Virus record (IMG/VR): IMGVR_UViG_3300024431_000003
Span: 1-61,313 of that record
Length of the DNA stretch: 61,313 bases
Direction: 5' to 3' (one strand)
From: a virus
Taxonomy: Duplodnaviria; Caudoviricetes
Notes under the pieces: generated by a model
Databases searched by the model: none
What the model was told of the DNA's origin: nothing
What the model saw: the letters and a program-made list of their open reading frames with translations, nothing else
Program-made: the position numbers and the translations under genes
In this document: positions 27,060 to 35,868 of the stretch, piece by piece
Layout: every line of letters starts with the position of its first letter
Position numbering within the stretch: the first letter of the stretch is position 1

Positions 27060-27430
27060 GTCGTTCTCCTTGTCATCGTCATCATCGCATCCATTTCAAG
27101 ATGCATCTGTTGGTTCACGTAGAACTGGATCCAATCGTACAGGTCACAGGCATCCACATCAAAGCGTTCAGCGACGTGGTCTACTGTCGTATGCTCTGCG
27201 TCCTCCCAGTTCTTCGCCCATGCAGGTCCAGACCATTCTCCGTCATCGTACTGACGGTCGCAGCCCTCGGCCTCCCACCATCCTTCAGTACGGATGGCGA
27301 AGAGACGGAGGTAGCTGCGCACGGCAGTCAGGTTCCATACATCGTTCACGTCTGGGCCTGACACGTTCGGTTCGTCCTGATGCTCGTGCATGAACTGGCT
27401 CTGTCGTGCGTTGCTGTCGGCGATATCCAT
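27056..27430 (-). CDS. Hypothetical acidic, Trp-rich protein
   Basis: ORF in the early gene run. Confidence 0.55.
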   Translation of the reverse strand: MDIADSNARQSQFMHEHQDEPNVSGPDVNDVWNLTAVRSYLRLFAIRTEGWWEAEGCDRQYDDGEWSGPAWAKNWEDAEHTTVDHVAERFDVDACDLYDWIQFYVNQQMHLEMDAMMTMTRRTT

Positions 27431-27431
27431 A

Positions 27432-27779
27432 TCAGTACCCGATGGAGTAGCGTTTAATGCTCTTCGCTACACTCTCGCTCACCAGTGGGAGCAACTGATT
27501 GTAGATCCGCAGACAGGTTCCTAGATAGTACAGACCGAACGTTCCGGTACATGCCTGTCCAAAGAACTCGTCGACCTCTGCTTGGTTCTCCAGGTACACG
27601 ACCGTCTTGAACGGCGAGCGGTCAATCAACTCTACGATGTGTAGTGTGCCATCATCGTAAGGTGTATCTCGGCTGTCGTCGGCGTGTATGTGGTCTTCGT
27701 AGCTACCATACTCGCAGCTATGAAGTTCCTCTAGCGCACTGCTGCGCATCTTTATCTTCACAGGATATGTCATCATCAT
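27432..27779 (-). CDS. Hypothetical protein
   Basis: AAGGAGA RBS with ATGATGATG start. Confidence 0.6.
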   Translation of the reverse strand: MMMTYPVKIKMRSSALEELHSCEYGSYEDHIHADDSRDTPYDDGTLHIVELIDRSPFKTVVYLENQAEVDEFFGQACTGTFGLYYLGTCLRIYNQLLPLVSESVAKSIKRYSIGY

Positions 27780-27906
27780 TCTCCTTAGCTTCTACTTCGT
27801 TTAATAGCATTTCAACGGCTCGGCTCCGCGGATACTGTCTACCGTAGAGTGCTTCCAGTCGTTCATGCGTTCCCTTGTTTACACAGATCGTGCGTGACAT
27901 CATCAC
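27718..27906 (-). CDS. Small ribbon-helix-helix-like protein
   Basis: SRTICVNKGTHERLEAL..SRAVEMLL pattern; GGAGGTG RBS. Confidence 0.45.
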   Translation of the reverse strand: MMMSRTICVNKGTHERLEALYGRQYPRSRAVEMLLNEVEAKENDDDISCEDKDAQQCARGTS

Positions 27907-27909
27907 CTC

Positions 27910-28107
27910 CTATGGCATGTCACAGAGGACGTCGCCGTTGAAAGTTACTGGACCAGTCCACTCGGCACCATCGCCATCGCAGTGAACATAGTAACAGTTC
28001 TCTTCTACCGACCGGATCGTTGCCATAACATCTGGCGTTCCTAGCACGTTGTTCGCTAGTACCTTGATCCGGTCTCCTACCTTCTTCTTTGCTTCCGTCA
28101 TCATCAT
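27910..28107 (-). CDS. Hypothetical SH3-like small protein
   Basis: KVGDRIKV; AGGAG RBS with tandem ATG. Confidence 0.55.
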   Translation of the reverse strand: MMMTEAKKKVGDRIKVLANNVLGTPDVMATIRSVEENCYYVHCDGDGAEWTGPVTFNGDVLCDMP

Positions 28108-28110
28108 CTC

Positions 28111-28359
28111 CTAGAATTCAAACGTCCGCTTGTTCGCAGCGAAATCTGCGCTGCCCATCTGGTGATCTTCACCGTTCACAATGTAGCTGATCCAGAGCTT
28201 GCTGTACCTGTCCCACCATGAGACACGTCGGTAACCTCCGGCGACATACGTTTCGCTGTCGTCTAGCTCAGCCAGTTCTTCCTCTGTTATATCTACCGGC
28301 ATTTCATACCACCGATCCGTTCCGTTCCAGTTCTTCCTAGTTAGCATTGTCATCATCAT
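28111..28359 (-). CDS. Hypothetical protein
   Basis: AAGGAGATGATGATG start. Confidence 0.55.
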   Translation of the reverse strand: MMMTMLTRKNWNGTDRWYEMPVDITEEELAELDDSETYVAGGYRRVSWWDRYSKLWISYIVNGEDHQMGSADFAANKRTFEF

Positions 28360-28498
28360 CTCCTTCCAGGAACAGGTCGCGCTGAGTTGCGCTCCTGTCA
28401 CACGTCATGCAGACGTAGTCCTTGCCGGACTCGTCCCATGTAATTTCCCCGTCACACTTGGGGTCCACGCAATCTTGCGGCTCAAGTTGGATTGCCAT
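28337..28498 (-). CDS. Small Zn-ribbon protein (not in the ORF track)
   Basis: MAIQLEPQDCVDPKCDGEITWDESGKDYVCMTC..., 53 aa, AGGAG RBS. Confidence 0.55.
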   Translation of the reverse strand: MAIQLEPQDCVDPKCDGEITWDESGKDYVCMTCDRSATQRDLFLEGDDDDNAN

Positions 28499-28680
28499 TA
28501 CAGATCTCCTACTTTGCCCATCAGGTCGTCAGCCGCATCTATCTTCTCGATCATCTTGTTGTGCTGCGTCACGGTGACGCCGTCGTACTTGCGTTCCCGC
28601 TCCAGACCGTTCCGGTAGCTTTGCAAAGCATCCATCAGTACCTTCTCTTCTCCTGCGTACAGTTTAAGAGTTATCATCAT
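28498..28680 (-). CDS. Hypothetical protein
   Basis: AAGGAGAACGATGATG start. Confidence 0.6.
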   Translation of the reverse strand: MMITLKLYAGEEKVLMDALQSYRNGLERERKYDGVTVTQHNKMIEKIDAADDLMGKVGDL

Positions 28681-28776
28681 CGTTCTCCTTCGTCATCATT
28701 ACAGGTATCAGCATCTGTGCGCCGAACCAAAGTATAAACACAATCTCAATCACACTCATTGCTGTTATCGGTTGCA

Positions 28777-29004
28777 TTAGTTGAGCCCTCCGGTCGTCGG
28801 AAGGTACGTCAGTCCGTGTCCTAGCAACTTTGCCTCTTCGTATCCGTGTTCCGCTTCTGCTAACCAGAGCGGAGCCGCGTCACCATCAGTACGATGGAAC
28901 GGAGTCTTGCCGTGTTTCTGTTGCGGTCGTTGTTCGCAGATCACCATCATGTCTAACCATGCCTGTCTGCTCGCGTCGTTACTTGGTTGAGTCATCATCA
29001 TCAT
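28777..29004 (-). CDS. Hypothetical protein
   Basis: GGGAG RBS with four tandem ATG codons. Confidence 0.5.
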   Translation of the reverse strand: MMMMTQPSNDASRQAWLDMMVICEQRPQQKHGKTPFHRTDGDAAPLWLAEAEHGYEEAKLLGHGLTYLPTTGGLN

Positions 29005-29009
29005 GCTCC

Positions 29010-29138
29010 CTAGATTGGATACGTGGACCAGCGTTGCTGGCGTTCAAAGATCTCACGGAGTTCGCGTTCGTCTTGCTGCGCCTCCAAGAGTGCGTCGTCG
29101 TACTGTGGTATCTCTACCAGTTTCTTTTCGTTGCTCAT
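29010..29138 (-). CDS. Small hypothetical protein (not in the ORF track)
   Basis: MSNEKKLVEIPQYDDALLEAQQ..., 42 aa, AAAGGAGAACGACATG start. Confidence 0.55.
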   Translation of the reverse strand: MSNEKKLVEIPQYDDALLEAQQDERELREIFERQQRWSTYPI

Positions 29139-29212
29139 GTCGTTCTCCTTTCATCATCATCATAGTTAAAGGTTCCAACACCTCACATCTCCTATCGCTC
29201 ACTCACTCAGGT

Positions 29213-29413
29213 CTACGAAACGTAGTAGCCTTGATAATCTCCAGGCTTCGCCTTCAGCTCACGCAGCAGTATGCGAACAGACTTCTTGCAGATGTCAAGT
29301 GCATCCACTGCTTCAAAGACAGACACACCATCTTTGCGTTTCAGAAGTTTGCGCAGTGCTGGGATGTTACTGCTGATTGCGTTCTCTCTCGTTGTCGTTG
29401 TTGTCTTACTCAT
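29213..29413 (-). CDS. Small winged-HTH-like protein, paralog of the C-terminus of 16465-17247
   Basis: KLLKRKDGVSVFEAVDALDICKKSVRILLRELKAK aligns with KMLKRRSGASVMEVVDSVGISKKSVRKLFGSLKAK. Confidence 0.7.
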   Translation of the reverse strand: MSKTTTTTRENAISSNIPALRKLLKRKDGVSVFEAVDALDICKKSVRILLRELKAKPGDYQGYYVS

Positions 29414-29499
29414 GTCGTACTCCTTATCATCGTTGTTGAAGCGAGCGCTTCTAAATGCAGACGGCAGTAGTGAGGGCTCAGTTCAGCCCGATTGGTTTC

Positions 29500-29757
29500 T
29501 TAGTTGCCTAAGACTTGGGTCTTCGTGTCGTACATTACCTTGCCGATCTCGTCGGTGTCGGTGTACTGCCATACACACAGAGTCCGTCCGGCCACCAGAT
29601 CGTGGACCGCGACGTTATGAGAAGGCTCGCTGTAGTTATCAGCCACGCTGCGATAGAATGCTTCCATCGCCTCGTCTAGATCTCTGAAGCCAGTCCTTGT
29701 CTCAGGGTACTCCGGGTCTTGCGTTTCCAACTCATACCTTTCACTTTCGTATGTCAT
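29500..29757 (-). CDS. Hypothetical protein
   Basis: GGAG RBS before MTYESERY. Confidence 0.5.
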   Translation of the reverse strand: MTYESERYELETQDPEYPETRTGFRDLDEAMEAFYRSVADNYSEPSHNVAVHDLVAGRTLCVWQYTDTDEIGKVMYDTKTQVLGN

Positions 29758-30379
29758 TAGCTTTACTCCGCTGCCTGTTCGCAGCATTGTTCCGCCGTCT
29801 GCATATAGGAACACTCGCTATGCGTTCCGCTACTAACTGTCTTCGTGGTCTGTCGTTGCCTCGTACACTGTTCTCGCGTCCAATCATGGTCGGCTCAGCC
29901 GTCAGCAACGACGCGCGTCCTCACACTGCCACGTCGTCGTCAATTTTAGTAGCGCACGGCTCCGCCAGAGTTAGTGGCATCCCGTGCTCCGATCTTGGTA
30001 AGGTACTTTGCCTGGACTCAGTTTGCTTTGGATGCTCCGGAGAGACTGACACCGCACACTTGCTCTAAGTTTCGCTGTACCACGTTCTCGGTAGAGAACT
30101 GTTCGCCATCGGTCCGACAATATACAGTGCCGTTCTGTTTCCGAATTTGAATACGCTGGATCTCTGGGCGCAATGCAGACCGATCGCCAGTGGGCGTCTG
30201 TTGGGTGCCAAATTTGGGTCGGTGCTGTGCATGCCCATATAATAAGGTGTATTACGGGTGCTTGTAAAGGACCCGTAACACGTTGTATTACAAAGGAAAA
30301 AAGGGAGAAATCTGCCTGTTTTGGGGTCGGGTACAGGCAAACCACGGTTTGGACACTTATTGGACAGTCGGCGTTCGAG

Positions 30380-30685
30380 CTATGTATGGAGCGAAACGGC
30401 CGACTCAATCGCGTCGTCGTCAGTACACCATGAGATCTTCGTGCGTCCATCGTGTCCGTGTATCTTTATGATCTCTTCAGCGTTCGGATAGACCGCGACG
30501 CTCGTGTACTCAGTGAGCCAACTGATGACGCACTGACCGTTCGTGAACCGAACTCCTTCAGCTACTATCCCCGTCCCCGACACTCCCGTCTCGTCCTCCT
30601 CCCTCACCAGCAGGAACCGGGTCAGCCTCGGCTCTTTCTGTCGCTTCGTTCCAGCTACCTCGTACGTCTGTGTGTCCTCCGTCAT
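30380..30685 (-). CDS. Conserved phage protein
   Basis: FLLVREEDETGVSGTGIVAEGVRF..HGHDGRT motif; AGGAGAACG RBS. Confidence 0.7.
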   Translation of the reverse strand: MTEDTQTYEVAGTKRQKEPRLTRFLLVREEDETGVSGTGIVAEGVRFTNGQCVISWLTEYTSVAVYPNAEEIIKIHGHDGRTKISWCTDDDAIESAVSLHT

Positions 30686-30771
30686 GCCCGTTCTCCTTGC
30701 TACAGTGTATGGATGCTCCGCTCACTACATAGACCGTCGTGCATTGTGGCACGATGTCGCCGTTCGTATTC

Positions 30772-31392
30772 CTAACCATTGCGTTCTCCTGTCGTTGTTG
30801 GTGCTGCGTTCCATAACCTTATGTCTTCCGCATAGAACTCGTTCAGTTCATCTAGTCGGTACGTCACCGTCGGCTTCTCTTCTATCGTCTTATTACTATG
30901 TGGAAGCGTGAGTCCATGGATCTTACCGATACCCTCCAGGCGGATCCAGATAGGGTTCTTCACTTTACTATACAGTTCACTCTGAGGCTGCCATGCGAAC
31001 GCATGAGCGCTGTTCCCTATCTTCGCGTTGAACCACTCTTCCCCATCGTCATCAAGCACTGCGTCAATCGTCTCTTCAAACGGTGGACGTCCAATCGTTT
31101 TGAAGTTCGTTACCGGGTCGCGTGAGTTGATGCCTTCAGCGAGCAGGATGTACGCCGAAGCGATGCGCTTGATGGGGTCACGGATGATGCAGACTGCCGT
31201 GTCCGGCGCTTCCGTCAACTCAACAGCAGATACTCCAAGCTTCTTCACAAGGAAGTAGAGAGACGTACTCCCTGACCTCGGCGCTGCTCCAATGTTGAAC
31301 TCGCCCTGACTGATGTGATAATACTGTGGGATGTAGAACCCTTTGATACATGGTGGTCCCTTCGTTCGTTTGCCGTCTGTCATTGTTCCCAT
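30772..31392 (-). CDS. Sulfotransferase family protein
   Basis: PAPS-binding 5'-PSB motif PRSGSTSL, 3'-PB motif IRDPIKRIASAY, WQPQ and a C-terminal YAEDIRLW. Confidence 0.75.
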   Translation of the reverse strand: MGTMTDGKRTKGPPCIKGFYIPQYYHISQGEFNIGAAPRSGSTSLYFLVKKLGVSAVELTEAPDTAVCIIRDPIKRIASAYILLAEGINSRDPVTNFKTIGRPPFEETIDAVLDDDGEEWFNAKIGNSAHAFAWQPQSELYSKVKNPIWIRLEGIGKIHGLTLPHSNKTIEEKPTVTYRLDELNEFYAEDIRLWNAAPTTTGERNG

Positions 31393-31517
31393 CCTCCGCT
31401 GCCACGATCTTCCAATTCCTCAATCCTCCAGGTCAGTTGCTTGATGCTGGCAGTGTTGACCATGATGGTCACCAACGAACCGAGTACGAACAGCGATTGG
31501 AATAGTTCCCACCACAT
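31380..31517 (-). CDS. Small membrane protein (not in the ORF track)
   Basis: MWWELFQSLFVLGSLVTIMVN..., 45 aa, fills the gap between two genes. Confidence 0.5.
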   Translation of the reverse strand: MWWELFQSLFVLGSLVTIMVNTASIKQLTWRIEELEDRGSGGWEQ

Positions 31518-31518
31518 A

Positions 31519-31980
31519 TCATGTCTCCTTTGATTCCAGGTCGTGCTTTGTTTCGTACTGTTGGTTCTGCACAGTACCGTACTGATCGACGTGACCTGGA
31601 TGTCCAGGTGTCATCATCTGAGTACGCAAGATAGAGTTCCTAAAGATCAACTCGACCATTGCTACATGATCCTTCACGCGGATGGCACTGTACTCAGCCA
31701 GCAGTTCAAGCTTCGTCATCTCCTTCTCGCGCTCTATCATCTTCAGTTCGGCTTCGGCTGCTACCTTGACAAGTGTGTTCGCTATGCCAAGCTCTATCTT
31801 CAACCTGTCGCGGTCCTTGTTCGCTAATCCAAGGTCGTCACGGAGGCTGCTCAACTGCTTGGTCTGCGAGTCGTTCGCCTCCACCAGTTCATGGAACTGC
31901 TTCACTGCATCCTGCGTCAGTGCGCCGTCGAGCGCTGCCTTCTGGATCATTGTGTCTAACTGCTCTGTCAACTTGTTCAT
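31519..31980 (-). CDS. Coiled-coil hypothetical protein
   Basis: Heptad-rich 153 aa. Confidence 0.6.
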   Translation of the reverse strand: MNKLTEQLDTMIQKAALDGALTQDAVKQFHELVEANDSQTKQLSSLRDDLGLANKDRDRLKIELGIANTLVKVAAEAELKMIEREKEMTKLELLAEYSAIRVKDHVAMVELIFRNSILRTQMMTPGHPGHVDQYGTVQNQQYETKHDLESKET

Positions 31981-32125
31981 GGTGCTTCCTCTTCGTTCAG
32001 GTTATCTAACATCTCATTGAGCTTCCTTATCTCTGCTTCCGCTTCTTCAAGTAGACCAATGAGGTCTCGGTACATGGACACGGCATTCGTAGGGAGATAC
32101 TCTGGCCTCCATAGATGTCTGTCCA

Positions 32126-32761
32126 TCACGTCAGCCGGTCCCCCGGCACCACGTCTCTATCGTACGTCGCCCATTTCCGGTGAGGAATGAACGCATTATC
32201 TTTCGGCCAGAATCCCCAGTCCCTCTTCAGTGGTCCGGTCAGGATGATGGTCCGGAATGTATTCGCCGGCTTCAATACGAAGTGTCGGTGTGTCGCTCGC
32301 CGAAAGTGCGGCAGGAACGCGCGGACCTTGCGTATCCGTCTCCTCCAGTACGTCGGGTGATCTCCAGGTCGGCGCTGACGCCAGTCGTACCACGGAAACG
32401 GGCTCGGTATCTGTTCCTCCACCGTTTCATAGTACGTGGTGAACGGTATCGTGATGAACCACCACGGATGGTCATGCACTGCGCTGTCGTCGTCACCCTG
32501 ATAGAACGTGTGAAGCCTGATGTGGAACCACTTGAACCAGAACATCCGTCGGTCCAGGTAGAGACGGTAATACGTGTTCCCCGCTATCGTGTGCTTCACC
32601 ATGTACTCAGGGCTCGGTCGCTCCTGCATGTACTCGTTCCCCGATACCGGGAACCAGACCTGATCGTGCAAGAAGCCTATCTTCCTCTTGTACGTTCCCT
32701 TCGGCCAGTCACTGACGGTTTCAACGTGGCTCCTACTCTTCTCTGATAATAGTGCCATCAC
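32126..32761 (-). CDS. Cupin-fold (cysteine dioxygenase-like) protein
   Basis: RLHTFYQGDDD..HDHPW..YYE...HRHFV..TIILTGP..DWGF motifs. Confidence 0.65.
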   Translation of the reverse strand: MMALLSEKSRSHVETVSDWPKGTYKRKIGFLHDQVWFPVSGNEYMQERPSPEYMVKHTIAGNTYYRLYLDRRMFWFKWFHIRLHTFYQGDDDSAVHDHPWWFITIPFTTYYETVEEQIPSPFPWYDWRQRRPGDHPTYWRRRIRKVRAFLPHFRRATHRHFVLKPANTFRTIILTGPLKRDWGFWPKDNAFIPHRKWATYDRDVVPGDRLT

Positions 32762-33434
32762 GCCTCTCCAGTTCGTTCAGTTGTATCAGGTACTCTACCA
32801 TCCCCGTCACGTCCTTCGCGTTGATAAATGGTGTGACGTACCCGCTCCACTCATGTAAGTACACGTGAGACTTCACTACGATGCCATCGTTGTCGGCTAC
32901 CTCCACGTCGTATCCCTCGCGCTCATGGTTCTGCATGAACGTGATCTGGCAGTTGAGCCACTCATACTTCACAGAGCCTCGCTTGTCAGCCAGTCGCGCG
33001 TCTTCCTTCAGTGCTGCTGTGACGTGTTCCTCTTCATCGGCGTCATCAATGCCGTTCATTATCTCGTTGACGAATCCCGCTGTCCAGGGACGGAAGCATC
33101 GCATCTCTATGATGCTCGGGAACGTGCCGTTGAAGCAGATGCATCGGTCGTCAATGGTCAGCCACGCTGGAGGCTTCTGCGTCGGGAAGCCTATGACGTC
33201 CCAGTATTCAAAGGTATGATCACGCAGCCACGCTCGCATCGCATCAACGCCTCCGGGTTCCTTGCTCCGGCTGCTGTATATCACCGGATCGAAGTCCTCC
33301 ATCTCGTAGAGCAATCCCAGCCAATCTATCGCTCCCTTCACTGGTGGATCCGGGATGATGTCCGCTCCCTTCCATCCGCTGATGTAAGAGTGTATCACTC
33401 CGTCAAAGTCTATACAGATTATCTTCTTAGTCAT
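32733..33434 (-). CDS. HAD-superfamily phosphatase/nucleotidase with a C-terminal extension
   Basis: IDFDGVIH (motif I), YSSR and KPPAWLTIDDR. Confidence 0.8.
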   Translation of the reverse strand: MTKKIICIDFDGVIHSYISGWKGADIIPDPPVKGAIDWLGLLYEMEDFDPVIYSSRSKEPGGVDAMRAWLRDHTFEYWDVIGFPTQKPPAWLTIDDRCICFNGTFPSIIEMRCFRPWTAGFVNEIMNGIDDADEEEHVTAALKEDARLADKRGSVKYEWLNCQITFMQNHEREGYDVEVADNDGIVVKSHVYLHEWSGYVTPFINAKDVTGMVEYLIQLNELERRDGTIIREE

Positions 33435-33745
33435 GGTCTTCCTCCTCGTTTGATATCTACTTCAATTCTTTCTAGCGACACGGGAGACAGATCAAATGTT
33501 CTGTTCAAAACGTTCGCCAATGTTACGTCACGCGTCTGCATCATGCTCCGTGCGAGCGCTCTTGCCATCTGACAGCCGAGGTCCCTCGTGTGTTCCGTTG
33601 CTATTCCGTACGTCTTATACTTGTAGATCGTCGGATGCGCTATGCTCTGCAGTGCAACTCCATCTCCTCCAGGCAGTGCCGCGCTCACCGCGACAGCGAC
33701 CGCTCCTTGAATGAACCTCCTACGTGTCGTCATCTTCGTACTCAT
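33431..33745 (-). CDS. Tat-signal protein composed of major-capsid-like fragments
   Basis: TRRRFIQ twin-arginine signal; four segments match the MCP at 47101-48015. Confidence 0.65.
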   Translation of the reverse strand: MSTKMTTRRRFIQGAVAVAVSAALPGGDGVALQSIAHPTIYKYKTYGIATEHTRDLGCQMARALARSMMQTRDVTLANVLNRTFDLSPVSLERIEVDIKRGGRP

Positions 33746-33878
33746 CTATTGCCTTGTTCAAGAACACTCGTAGCATCATAACCAGTGCGCGAGCCAGTCG
33801 CTCTATTTCGCTGTCCGCTTCCCAGTCCAGGGAGTTCCTCGTTTCAATCAGCGCTTCTTTACTGATAATCTCTTCCAT
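33720..33878 (-). CDS. Small hypothetical protein
   Basis: GAGGAGG RBS; start overlaps the primase stop. Confidence 0.5.
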   Translation of the reverse strand: MEEIISKEALIETRNSLDWEADSEIERLARALVMMLRVFLNKAIDEYEDDDT

Positions 33879-35866
33879 CAGGTCTTCCTCCTCCTCGTTG
33901 CCTTGCCTATCGGCGTGAGTTTCTTTTCGTAGTTCGCTGCCCACTCACGGTTCCTTCCCACCCTCTCCTTCCAATACTCTATATTCTTTATCGCGAACAG
34001 CTTCACCTGTCTGCCGTCGTGCATCTTCACCGGACTACTGTTGCGCACGGCACCGAGCGTCGTCAACGCACCACTGAGCGTCACTCTTATGTTCCCACGC
34101 TTCAGGTCCTCCGGTATCCAGTGGAGCATCTGCTCGATGCTGAACACGTCACGCTTCAATGCTTCCTTCGCCAGACCTACATCACCAACGACGGTCGCTA
34201 TCGCCACGATCGGGTCAAGTAGCAGGTCAGAAACCCACTGCTGGAGGCTGGTCATTGCTGCGTCTTGCATCTGCTTCTTCTCTGTTGTTTCCGGAGCGGC
34301 TGCGCGCGGATTGAACTGGGAGCAGTCCACTGAGTTCACAAGGTAGTACATGAACGCGCTCGGTCCTCCTTCCTTCTTCCTCCAGGCGTCCAGATGGTTC
34401 CAGAACTTCATCGGCCGTTCCCTGTCCAGCTTGCCAACGAAGAACCGTCGGTCGTTCTGGTCTAGGATGATCGCGTCTGGCTTGTTACTGGTGAACATCA
34501 GGTTCGCGCAGTTCGGTAGCTTGAAGGTCGGCACGTACTTCTCGTTGATGGTGATGGTGTCACCCGTGATGATGTGCTTCAGCATTCCGCTCTCCGCCTT
34601 GCTGCGCATCTGCATGACCTCTTCCCCGAGGATGAACTGCTTGTTCCGCATCCATACGAAGCTGTCGTCATGCAGTTCCACCGATGTGATGACGTTGCTG
34701 TTCAACCCGTAGATGTCACGCATCACGTCACCGATGAAGGTCTTGCCGGTTCCCTGTTCAATGCTCCAGATGAGTACACTGCTGAACATCTTCACTCCCG
34801 GGTTCTGTATCGGGTATGCCAGCCACTGAAGCAGCCAATCCCAGTTGTCAATCGTCTTGATGACGTCCAGGAACTCTTTGCAGTTCCCTCGCTTCGGTTC
34901 AGCTCCCCATCCAGGCCAGTCGTTCAGCTCGCCGTTGATAAACTGCGCTTCGCCTGGAGCATAGGTCATGCGATCAACCTTCCGCATGTGAGGCCACTGA
35001 GTCCACTCGTCTATCGCGGCTATCTGCTTCCCGCTCTCGCTCAGTATCTTGATGTGACCGTAGTTACGCTTCAGTCTGCCGATGTCACCGTAGAGGATAC
35101 GATCGTACGTTGAATAGTATGTCTGCGTGTCCTTGATATATACAAGGTCATCGTTCAGGTTCGTCATCTGCGCACTGTTGTCCGCCTCATAGCACTCTAA
35201 CTTCTGGTATGCGTTCACTCCCCTCGCCACTAGGAAGTCATCTAACTTGCTCAGTCCCTCCGTCATCTGTAAGTAGCGGATGAACACTCGCGCTCCACGC
35301 TTCGTCAGCATCATTGTGAGCGCATCAAGTGCCTTCGCTACGTTGTCGTTCGTGTACATATCCCCATCGTAACAGATCTCAATCTCGCGGTCCTTCAGTT
35401 CAAACCAGTCCCAGTCCGGGATCACCTTCATATGCCACTTCTTCGCCGTGAACGACCAGACTCCACCGAGAGCGATGCACGGCAATCCCATGTTCGTCGC
35501 GCATGCTGCCTTCTTTTCGCCTTCAGTAATGATGATGCGAATGCTCGGGTCCGCGCATACCTTCTTCCAGTCAATGAGCGGAGGCAGATAGAGCCTCGGT
35601 ATCGTCTTCTCTTCCTGGATGTACTTCGGTTGATTGGTTTCCGTGATTGGAAAGAGCTTCCATCGCGTGTAGTTCAAAGGGTTTCCGGCCGGATCAAAGT
35701 ACGGTATCTCGTAGGAGACAGCGTCTTCAACTGCCGTTGCATCGTACGTCTGTGCCTTGGATAACATCTCGCCGTATCGCAGCTTTCGGACGGTCGTTGG
35801 TTTACCTAGTCCGCTGCGATCGAGATCGTCCTTGCGCAATACGCGCATGACCTCTTTCTGTGACAT
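33878..35866 (-). CDS. Primase-helicase (DUF3854/Toprim plus SF3/D5-like helicase)
   Basis: ITEGEKKA, CYDGD and KLDDFL; Walker A QGTGKT, LKHIITG..INEKY and TSN..DRRF. Confidence 0.9.
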   Translation of the reverse strand: MSQKEVMRVLRKDDLDRSGLGKPTTVRKLRYGEMLSKAQTYDATAVEDAVSYEIPYFDPAGNPLNYTRWKLFPITETNQPKYIQEEKTIPRLYLPPLIDWKKVCADPSIRIIITEGEKKAACATNMGLPCIALGGVWSFTAKKWHMKVIPDWDWFELKDREIEICYDGDMYTNDNVAKALDALTMMLTKRGARVFIRYLQMTEGLSKLDDFLVARGVNAYQKLECYEADNSAQMTNLNDDLVYIKDTQTYYSTYDRILYGDIGRLKRNYGHIKILSESGKQIAAIDEWTQWPHMRKVDRMTYAPGEAQFINGELNDWPGWGAEPKRGNCKEFLDVIKTIDNWDWLLQWLAYPIQNPGVKMFSSVLIWSIEQGTGKTFIGDVMRDIYGLNSNVITSVELHDDSFVWMRNKQFILGEEVMQMRSKAESGMLKHIITGDTITINEKYVPTFKLPNCANLMFTSNKPDAIILDQNDRRFFVGKLDRERPMKFWNHLDAWRKKEGGPSAFMYYLVNSVDCSQFNPRAAAPETTEKKQMQDAAMTSLQQWVSDLLLDPIVAIATVVGDVGLAKEALKRDVFSIEQMLHWIPEDLKRGNIRVTLSGALTTLGAVRNSSPVKMHDGRQVKLFAIKNIEYWKERVGRNREWAANYEKKLTPIGKATRRRKT

Positions 35867-35868
35867 GA

